DNA from: an uncultured Candidatus Saccharibacteria bacterium
GTDB lineage: Bacteria; Patescibacteriota; Minisyncoccia; Phycocordibacterales; Zambryskibacteraceae
Length of the DNA stretch: 64,000 nt
NCBI GenBank assembly: GCA_964509605.1
Contig: CAZDXF010000001.1
Location: 8,276-72,275 of the forward strand
Direction: 5' to 3'
Position 1 is the first letter of the stretch. Every line of letters begins with the position of its first letter. Under the pieces are notes generated by a model. That model was not told where the DNA came from and did not search any database. It saw only the letters and a program-made list of their open reading frames with translations. Shown one piece after another: positions 57,136 through 64,000 of the stretch. The position numbers and the translations under genes are program-made.

Positions 57136-57963
57136 ATGGCTACAGAAACTCTAATTGTAAAAGCAAGTGGTAAAAAAGAGCCGTTTCAGGGAGAAAAACT
57201 CCAAAGTTCTCTTTTGAGGGCCGGTGCTCAAGACAAGGTTGCTGAAAATATAGTTAAACACATAGAAAACGAGATAAAAGATGGAATGTCTACATCCCAG
57301 ATCTACAAACACGCTTTTTTCCTGCTTGAAAAAGAGCTGAAGCCGGTTGCTCTTAGATATTCATTGCGCAGGGCAATTATGGACTTGGGGCCCTCGGGTT
57401 TTCCTTTTGAAGATTTTATAGCTTTTATCCTTGAAGAAAAAGGTTATGCCGTAAAGACCGGAGAAATTGTATTTGGCGGGTGTGTAGAGCATGAAGTTGA
57501 TGTTGTGGCTTGGAACGAAAATAAGCTCATTATGGCAGAAGCTAAATTTCACAATGAAATTGGTATTAAATCTGACTTAAAAGTGGCTCTCTACATAAAA
57601 GCTCGTTTTGATGATTTAAAAGAAGTTAAGCATCTCTATGGAAAGGAAAGGTATGTTGACGAATCTTGGCTTGTGACAAACACAAAATTTACAAACACCG
57701 CAATTCACTACGCAGAATGCAAAGGCCTCCAGCTTATTGGTTGGAACTATCCAAAAAAAGGAAACTTGCAAGACCTCATAGAGGATAGTGGTCTTCACCC
57801 AATCACATCTCTAACCTCTCTTACTGGCAGTCAAAAGAAACTTCTCTTATCTAAAGGAACTGTGTTGTGTAAACACATAAAAGACGATCCTGCGCTTTTG
57901 AAAGCTTTAGGAATGAATGATTTAAAAATAAAGACCGTCTTAGACGAAATAAACATACTTTAA
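57136..57963 (+). CDS. ATP-cone domain fused to Mrr-like PD-(D/E)xK nuclease domain
   Basis: N-terminus VKASGKKEPFQGEKL...YSLRRA is an ATP-cone. The middle region GYAV...EVDVVAWNENKLIMAEAKFH has the D...E-A-K catalytic pattern. Confidence 0.55.
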   Translation: MATETLIVKASGKKEPFQGEKLQSSLLRAGAQDKVAENIVKHIENEIKDGMSTSQIYKHAFFLLEKELKPVALRYSLRRAIMDLGPSGFPFEDFIAFILEEKGYAVKTGEIVFGGCVEHEVDVVAWNENKLIMAEAKFHNEIGIKSDLKVALYIKARFDDLKEVKHLYGKERYVDESWLVTNTKFTNTAIHYAECKGLQLIGWNYPKKGNLQDLIEDSGLHPITSLTSLTGSQKKLLLSKGTVLCKHIKDDPALLKALGMNDLKIKTVLDEINIL

Positions 57964-57970
57964 GAAGATA

Positions 57971-58768
57971 ATGAGTAAATATTACAATCCAAAAAGAAGT
58001 GAAAATTGGAATTATGGTGGAAAAAACTGGAGATTGTCTCGTTCTAAAATAGATTTATTTTTAGAGTGTAAGAGATGTTTTTATATTGATAATAAGCTAG
58101 GAACCGCAAGGCCGAAAGGATTTCCTTTCACATTAAATAGTGCGGTAGACAAGCTTTTAAAAAAGGAATTTGATATTCACAGGGCTCAAGAAACCACTCA
58201 TCCAATGATGGAAAGTTATGGTCTGGAAGCCGTTCCTTTTCAACATCCTAAAATGGATGAGTGGAGGGATGCTTTAAAAGGTGGGGCTCAATATGTTCAT
58301 CCGGAAACGGGGCTTTTAGTGACGGGGGCAGTTGATGATATTTGGATAGATAAAAATGGGGAATTGCTCATCGTTGATTATAAGGCCACTTCGAAAGAGG
58401 AAGAGGTGAATTTGGATGCGGAATGGCAAGACGGGTACAAAAAACAGATGGAAGTTTACCAGTGGCTTTTCAGAAATAATGGGTTCAAGGTTTCTGATAC
58501 AGGATATTTTGTGTATGTAAACGGTTTGACCGATAAAGAGTCATTTGATGGAAAATTGGAATTTGATGTAAAAATTATTCCTTATACAGGAAAAACAGAT
58601 TGGATAGAAAAAATTCTTATAGAAATTAAAAAAACTTTAGAGAGCGATACAATTCCGGAGCAATCTTTAGAGTGCGATTACTGTACTTACACAAATGCGG
58701 TTGGAAATCTTGATAAGAAAAAAGTTGAAAGACCAGACAAGGGAAACTTAAAAGGAACGCTTTTTTGA
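57971..58768 (+). CDS. Cas4/RecB-like PD-(D/E)xK nuclease with Cys clusters (standalone)
   Basis: N-terminal LECKRCFY, core DDIWIDKNGELLIVDYKAT, C-terminal ECDYCTY. Confidence 0.55.
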   Translation: MSKYYNPKRSENWNYGGKNWRLSRSKIDLFLECKRCFYIDNKLGTARPKGFPFTLNSAVDKLLKKEFDIHRAQETTHPMMESYGLEAVPFQHPKMDEWRDALKGGAQYVHPETGLLVTGAVDDIWIDKNGELLIVDYKATSKEEEVNLDAEWQDGYKKQMEVYQWLFRNNGFKVSDTGYFVYVNGLTDKESFDGKLEFDVKIIPYTGKTDWIEKILIEIKKTLESDTIPEQSLECDYCTYTNAVGNLDKKKVERPDKGNLKGTLF

Positions 58769-59361
58769 TGACAAAATTTGAAGAAATGAAAAAGATTCGG
58801 GACGAGCTCCTTGTTGGAGAAAATCTGCCTCTTTTTAAGTTTAGAAAAGAAAATGGTTATTTACCTGTAGTTGGAGAGGGAAGTCATGATGCCAAAATAC
58901 TTTTTGTTGGAGAAGCCCCTGGAGAGAATGAAGCGAAAACAGGAAAGCCTTTTTGTGGAAGAGCGGGTAAAATTTTAGATGTTTTGCTTAATCACATAGG
59001 TTTAAAAAGAGAAGAAGTTTACATAACTAATATTGTGAAAGACCGACCTCCAAAAAACAGAGATCCGATGCCTGACGAAATTTATGCCTACGCCCCATTT
59101 TTAAAAAAGCAAATAGAAATTATTCAGCCTAAAGTGGTCGCTACGCTTGGAAGACACTCTATGACTCACATTCTCAAGTTTTTTGCTTTAAAAGACAAAA
59201 TAGAGCCGATAAGCAAAATGCACGGAAGACTCCTTGAAGCCGATTCAGAGTTTTGTAAAGTCAAAATAGCAACACTTTACCATCCGGCTGTAGCCGTATA
59301 TGATCAAAGTAAACTGAGTGAACTTAAGAAGGATTTTGAAGTCATAAAAGCTTTTATTTAA
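58765..59361 (+). CDS. uracil-DNA glycosylase family 4
   Basis: GEGSHDAKILFVGEAPGENEAKTGKPFCGRAGKILD. Confidence 0.85.
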   Translation: MMTKFEEMKKIRDELLVGENLPLFKFRKENGYLPVVGEGSHDAKILFVGEAPGENEAKTGKPFCGRAGKILDVLLNHIGLKREEVYITNIVKDRPPKNRDPMPDEIYAYAPFLKKQIEIIQPKVVATLGRHSMTHILKFFALKDKIEPISKMHGRLLEADSEFCKVKIATLYHPAVAVYDQSKLSELKKDFEVIKAFI

Positions 59362-59372
59362 TATGGATTTTA
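59299..59372 (+). repeat. left copy of ~74-nt direct repeat (UDG 3' end + ATGGATTTTAAT) flanking the inserted peptidase gene
   Basis: 59299-59340 equals 60644-60685 with 1 mismatch, and AATGGATTTTAAT is shared. Confidence 0.7.
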
Positions 59373-59382
59373 ATTATTTATT

Positions 59383-60621
59383 ATGAAAAAAGACTATACC
59401 CCTAAAAAAAGAATACTTGAAAATTATGCAAAAGTGCTGGTAAATTTTGCTTTGGGTGGAGGATCTAGAATTGGAGGGAAAGGTATAAAAAGAGGGGATG
59501 TTGTACTGGTTTCAGCTCCAGAAGTTGCAAGACCCCTTTACGCAGAAATTCTTAGAGCAATTTGGAAATCCGGTGGACATGTTATTGGGCGTTATGCTCC
59601 AAGCAACGATGCTAGTTTTAAGATGGATAGAGAATTTTATATTCTAGCATCGAAGGAACAACTTAATTATTTTCCAGAAAAATTAATGCGCGGACAAATT
59701 GATGAAATTGACCACTCAATCTTTATTATTGCGGAAACAGATAAAGAATCCATGAAAGGTATCGATCCGAAAAAACTAATGACCAAAGGTGAAGCATGGA
59801 AACCATATATGAACTGGAGAAATGAAAAAGAAAGCAGAGGAAATTTTACTTGGACACTTGGGTTGTATGGAACAAAAGCAATGGCAAAAGAAGCAAGAAT
59901 GACAGAAAAAGAATATTGGGAACAGATCATCAAGGCTTGCTTTTTGGACAAAAAAAATCCTATCAAAGAATGGAGAAAAATTTCAGAACAAATAGAAATA
60001 TACAGAAAAAAACTTAACGCACTAAAAATTGAAAAGATTCATGTTGTTGGCCCCGATGCAGATTTGTGGTTAAAAATTGGAGAAAAAAGAGCGTGGAACG
60101 GAGGTACGGGACGAAACATACCAAGTTTTGAATTATTCACTTCACCAGATTGGCGTGGAACAAATGGTTGGATACGTTTCAATCAACCGTTGTATCGTTA
60201 CGGCAATCTCATAGAAGGGATTCAGTTGTGGTTTAAGAATGGAAGAGTTATAAAAAGCAAAGCGAGAAAAAATGAAAAAGTTTTAAAAGCAATGATATCA
60301 ACTAAAAATGCTGACAAAGTTGGAGAGTATTCACTCACAGACAAAAGATTCTCTAGAATTACAAAATTTATGGCAGAAACCCTATATGATGAAAATGTGG
60401 GAGGACCACATGGAAATACTCACATAGCTTTGGGAAGCTCTTATCATGACTGTTTCTCTGGAAATCCCAGCAAGATATCGAAAAAAGAATGGGAAAGATT
60501 AGGATACAACGATTCTTCTGTGCACACAGACATTATATCGACAACCCCCAGGACTGTTACGGCTTATTTACCTAAAGGAAAAATAAAAGTGATTTACAAG
60601 AATGGTCAGTTTACATTATAG
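59383..60621 (+). CDS. aminopeptidase, M29 (AmpS/PepS-like) family
   Basis: 412 aa; the N-terminal and central patterns fit the thermophilic metalloprotease M29 family. Confidence 0.7.
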   Translation: MKKDYTPKKRILENYAKVLVNFALGGGSRIGGKGIKRGDVVLVSAPEVARPLYAEILRAIWKSGGHVIGRYAPSNDASFKMDREFYILASKEQLNYFPEKLMRGQIDEIDHSIFIIAETDKESMKGIDPKKLMTKGEAWKPYMNWRNEKESRGNFTWTLGLYGTKAMAKEARMTEKEYWEQIIKACFLDKKNPIKEWRKISEQIEIYRKKLNALKIEKIHVVGPDADLWLKIGEKRAWNGGTGRNIPSFELFTSPDWRGTNGWIRFNQPLYRYGNLIEGIQLWFKNGRVIKSKARKNEKVLKAMISTKNADKVGEYSLTDKRFSRITKFMAETLYDENVGGPHGNTHIALGSSYHDCFSGNPSKISKKEWERLGYNDSSVHTDIISTTPRTVTAYLPKGKIKVIYKNGQFTL

Positions 60622-60643
60622 AAACACCGTTTTGCACATTAAT

Positions 60644-60719
60644 TATGATCAAAGTAAACTGAGTGAACTTAAGAATGATTTTGAAACTCTAAAAAATATT
60701 ACCTAAAATGGATTTTAAT
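60644..60719 (+). repeat. right copy of the ~74-nt direct repeat
   Basis: Duplicates the UDG 3' end and the mazG-like start. Confidence 0.7.
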
Positions 60720-61034
60720 CAATATCAAAAAGAAGCCTTTTCTACCAGGATTATAAAATATGATCCCTCTTTTATATATTCAGCTCTAGGGTTAGCTGGA
60801 GAAAGTGGAGAAGTTGCAGAAAAAATAAAAAAAATTTTAAGAGATGATGGAGGGGTTGTAACGGAAGAAAAGAGAGAGGAAATAAAAAAAGAATTGGGAG
60901 ATGTTTTGTGGTACCTGTCTCAACTGTCAGCTGATTTGAATATAGAATTTAATGATGTGGCAATCTCTAATATAGAAAAAATAAAATCCAGAAAGGAGAG
61001 GGGGCAAACAAAAGGATCTGGTGATAATAGATAA
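60708..61034 (+). CDS. MazG-like nucleotide pyrophosphohydrolase
   Basis: GLAGESGEVAEKIKK...ELGDVLWYLSQLS. Confidence 0.75.
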   Translation: MDFNQYQKEAFSTRIIKYDPSFIYSALGLAGESGEVAEKIKKILRDDGGVVTEEKREEIKKELGDVLWYLSQLSADLNIEFNDVAISNIEKIKSRKERGQTKGSGDNR

Positions 61035-61035
61035 A

Positions 61036-62703
61036 ATGGAATCTTCAGAAATCAGAAAAAAATTTTGGGATTTTTTTGAAAAAAGAGGACACAAAATAGT
61101 GCCGTCGGCGTCTTTGGTACCACTAAACGATCCTTCCGTACTTTTCACTACAGCAGGAATGCAACAATTCAAACCTTATTACACAGGGTTGGGCGATCCG
61201 ATGAAAGATTTTGGTTCTTTAAACACGGTTTCAATCCAAAAATGTGTTAGAACTTCAGACATAGAGGAAGTAGGTGATGAAAGGCATCTGACTTTTTTTG
61301 AAATGTTGGGAAATTTTAGCTTTGGAGGATACTTCAAAAAAGAAGCGATTCAGTACGGTTACGATTTTATTGTTAAAGAGATGGGATTGAAAATTGATTA
61401 TGTGTCCGTGTTTGAGGGCGACAACAATATCCCCGAAGACAAAGAGTCAGAAGAAATCTGGAAATCAATTGATCCGAGTCTTGAAATAAAGAAATTTGGC
61501 AGAGAAGATAATTTTTGGGGACCGACTGGAGATGAGGGGCCGTGTGGGCCAACGACAGAGATTTATGTGGATGGAATTGAAGTTTGGAATATTGTTTTCA
61601 ATCAATATTTTCAAAATAAAGACAAAACCTTAAAAAATCTTGAAAGATTTGGGGTGGATACCGGTATGGGCCTTGAGAGACTCGCTCTAGTAAGTCAGTT
61701 TCCTGGAAAAGCAGGTGAAAAAACAGTTTTTGAAACCGATTTGTTTTCAAAAATATTAGAAATTCTTCCGCAAGAAATACCAGAAAGAAAAAAAAGGATT
61801 TTGGCAGATCACTCAAGAGCAATTGCCTTTATGATAAGCGACGGAGTCAGGCCTTCTAACAGAGGAGCCGGATACATACTTAGAAGAATCTTGCGAAGAT
61901 TGCTCGCTCAATTTGAATTTGAGCACATTAAATTAGCATTAGATTGGGTGATTCCAAAATATAATCAAATTTACAAAGAACTAGACAGAAATTTGATCTG
62001 GGAAGTTTTAGACAGAGAATGGAGTCAATTTATAGTAGCTCTTAATACCGGAGTAAAAGAATTGAATAAGTTAGATTCTCTTGATTCTAAAAAAGCTTTT
62101 GAACTCTACAGCACTTATGGTCTTCCGTTTGATGTAATGAAAGACAGGTTTCCCAATCTTGATATCAAAGAATTTGAAAAAGAATTTAATAGACACCAAG
62201 AAATTTCTAGAACAGGTTTGGAGCAAAAATTTAAAGGTGGATTGGCAAATACGGAAGAAAAAACAGTTCGTCTGCACACAGCACACCACCTTCTTTTGTC
62301 CGCTCTTCAAGAGGTTTTAGGGAAGAATGTAAAACAAAAAGGTAGTAATATAAATGAGGAGAGACTAAGAATTGATTTTTCTTTTGATAGAAAAATGACA
62401 TCCGAAGAAATTCAAAAAGTAGAGGAAATAGTAAATAAAAACATCACTTCTGGTCTTGAAGTTGTGAGAAAAGAAATGAAGAGGGAGGAGGCAGAGAAAA
62501 TTGGAGCCGAAATGGAGTTCGGTGCCAAATATCCAGAAACAGTTTCTGTGTATTTTATAACTGATAAGGACGGCAATGTAATATCAAAAGAGTTTTGTGG
62601 GGGTCCGCATGTAGAAAACACTTCTGAATTAGGAATTTTCAAAGTAAAAAAAGAAGAAGCTGTCGCTTCTGGAATAAGAAGAATAAAAGCTGTTCTTGAA
62701 TAA
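61036..62703 (+). CDS. alaS: alanyl-tRNA synthetase (short form, catalytic + tRNA-recognition region)
   Basis: HKIVPSASLVP.NDPSVLFTTAGMQQFK, FEMLGNFSFGGYFK. Confidence 0.85.
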   Translation: MESSEIRKKFWDFFEKRGHKIVPSASLVPLNDPSVLFTTAGMQQFKPYYTGLGDPMKDFGSLNTVSIQKCVRTSDIEEVGDERHLTFFEMLGNFSFGGYFKKEAIQYGYDFIVKEMGLKIDYVSVFEGDNNIPEDKESEEIWKSIDPSLEIKKFGREDNFWGPTGDEGPCGPTTEIYVDGIEVWNIVFNQYFQNKDKTLKNLERFGVDTGMGLERLALVSQFPGKAGEKTVFETDLFSKILEILPQEIPERKKRILADHSRAIAFMISDGVRPSNRGAGYILRRILRRLLAQFEFEHIKLALDWVIPKYNQIYKELDRNLIWEVLDREWSQFIVALNTGVKELNKLDSLDSKKAFELYSTYGLPFDVMKDRFPNLDIKEFEKEFNRHQEISRTGLEQKFKGGLANTEEKTVRLHTAHHLLLSALQEVLGKNVKQKGSNINEERLRIDFSFDRKMTSEEIQKVEEIVNKNITSGLEVVRKEMKREEAEKIGAEMEFGAKYPETVSVYFITDKDGNVISKEFCGGPHVENTSELGIFKVKKEEAVASGIRRIKAVLE

Positions 62704-62708
62704 TACTC

Positions 62709-63890
62709 TTGTATAATCCATATATGCTTTTTTTTAAGAAAAAGGAAAAAATAAATCTAATTTGCGATCTGGGACTCAGAAGTGTGGGAATCGCCATAGT
62801 CAAAGAAAGTCCGAAAGCAGAAGTGCTTTATTCAAAGAGGATTTATATACCTAGGGAAGAAATAAAAAATCATTCAGAGAATTTGGAATTTTCTACCAAA
62901 ATGATTTTTGAAGATTTGATGAACAATGGACTCAAATCACTAAAGACAAGAGGATTAAATTTTTCTGTAGAAAAAATGTACTGTGCTTTAAATTCGCCTT
63001 GGTATATGGCCGAAACCAGAAAAATAGTCATTCAAAAGAAAGACGATTTTGTTGTTTCTCAAAAAATCGTCAACGAAGAGATTGGTAAAAAGGAGGTGAA
63101 GTTTAAAGAGAAAATAGCTAAGCATTTTTCAAAAAAAATTTTTCACGAAGGAGTTCAATTGCTCGAAAGAACAATTACCAACTTTTTATTAAATGGTTAT
63201 GAATCTCAAAATCCATTTCAAAAAAAAGCACGATCTTTGGAGTTGACGGCTTATATGAGCGCTATGCCACACAGTGTGTTTGAATCTGTAAAGAAAAAGG
63301 CAGAAAAATATTTTCATTTAGATGAAGTTGTATTTACAACTTTTCCTCTAGTGGTTTTGCAAGCTACTCAAGTTTTATTTCAAAAAGAACATGATTTTAT
63401 AGTCGTACATGTTGGTGCAGAATCTACAGATATTTCTATGGTAAATAAGGGTAGTATAGACGAAACAGCTACTATTCCTATCGGATATAGCAAAATGGTT
63501 GATCTTGTAGAAGAAAAATTTGGTGCCTCTTCAGATATAACATTCTCACTATTTTCTATCCTTTCTTCCAGTCTAGCCAACGAAACCACTGAGAACACAA
63601 TTTCACTTACCATCTCTCAAGAGATGGAGAATTGGAAAAAAGAAATAACGGCCTTATTAAAAAATTGGCCCCATTTTTCAAAAAGAAAAATTTTTCTTAT
63701 TTCTGAAAAAGAAGTCGAACCATTATTTAAGAAACCTTCCAAGGAGGCTTTCATTGAAACAGCCGGAGAAGTTTTTTCAATCAAACAAGCTAACACAAAA
63801 GATGCGATTACTGTCGGTTCAAGAGCGGTATTTGATCACAATCTTTTTGTCGCAATAATTGGGTTTTTGAATTTCCACAAAAAAAGCTAA
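62709..63890 (+). CDS. actin-like ATPase, PilM/FtsA-like
   Basis: LICDLGLRSVGIAIV and HVGAESTDISMVNKGSI...IPIGY resemble the PilM/FtsA phosphate motifs. Confidence 0.4.
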   Translation: MYNPYMLFFKKKEKINLICDLGLRSVGIAIVKESPKAEVLYSKRIYIPREEIKNHSENLEFSTKMIFEDLMNNGLKSLKTRGLNFSVEKMYCALNSPWYMAETRKIVIQKKDDFVVSQKIVNEEIGKKEVKFKEKIAKHFSKKIFHEGVQLLERTITNFLLNGYESQNPFQKKARSLELTAYMSAMPHSVFESVKKKAEKYFHLDEVVFTTFPLVVLQATQVLFQKEHDFIVVHVGAESTDISMVNKGSIDETATIPIGYSKMVDLVEEKFGASSDITFSLFSILSSSLANETTENTISLTISQEMENWKKEITALLKNWPHFSKRKIFLISEKEVEPLFKKPSKEAFIETAGEVFSIKQANTKDAITVGSRAVFDHNLFVAIIGFLNFHKKS

Positions 63891-63937
63891 TCGTTTACAA
63901 TTTTATTTTTGTGATTTAAAATTATTTCAAACTTAAA

Positions 63938-64000
63938 ATGGCTAGGAATATTTTACAAGACATAGTACCACCAGAGAAAAGGTCTATAAGAAATGTTACT
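63938..64000 (+). CDS. 5' end of a gene truncated by window edge
   Basis: ATG at 63938 with an open frame to the window end. Confidence 0.25.
   Translation, partial: MARNILQDIVPPEKRSIRNVT

Noticed and set aside
1-64000. CRISPR array, rRNA genes, integrase/transposase genes
   Set aside because: No spaced direct-repeat array, no rRNA-like conserved segments and no recombinase-like ORF were found. The duplications seen are single pairs, not arrays.

Overview
The window reads as a low-GC (~35%) streamlined genome, most consistent with a Candidate Phyla Radiation / Patescibacteria-like bacterium. Housekeeping genes are compact or truncated (DnaX 350 aa, UvrC 427 aa, AlaRS 560 aa). Native genes lack Shine-Dalgarno motifs and there are many small membrane proteins. 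Recognisable content: serS (partial), ftsQ-like, membrane-anchored Clp-like ATPase, dus, dnaX, tRNA-Gln(TTG), a Type II RM-like accessory island, arsR, a copper-homeostasis cluster (csoR, CPH-type P1B ATPase, DUF305, DUF411), DEAD-box helicase, SWIB-domain protein, TfoX-like, PCD, LOG, FKBP, tgt, uvrB-uvrA-uvrC, ddl, tag, two tRNA-Ala genes, NUDIX, pgi, sugar kinase, ychF, leuS, mltG, mnmA, an ATP-cone/Mrr-like nuclease, a Cas4-like nuclease, family-4 UDG, peptidase M29, a MazG-like protein and alaS. No rRNA or CRISPR array was seen. The most unusual signal is at least eight short, sharply GC-enriched inserts (about 48-60% GC) in intergenic positions. Unlike the native genes, each has its own sigma70-like promoter and/or strong SD (GGAGG type) and a GC-rich hairpin terminator. 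They encode small acidic, Cys-containing or peptide-sized products; one ~300-nt unit looks non-coding and structured (GNRA and UUCG tetraloop hairpins). A second recurring pattern is short to medium direct duplications of gene ends (tRNA-Gln 5' and 3' ends, tRNA-Ala 5' end, ychF start, UDG 3' end / mazG start) flanking inserted hairpins or whole genes. This resembles att-like target duplications left by an unrecognised integration mechanism. A palindromic repeat family with core ATTCTCAAGAAT is also present. All calls come from reading the sequence; no database search was possible.
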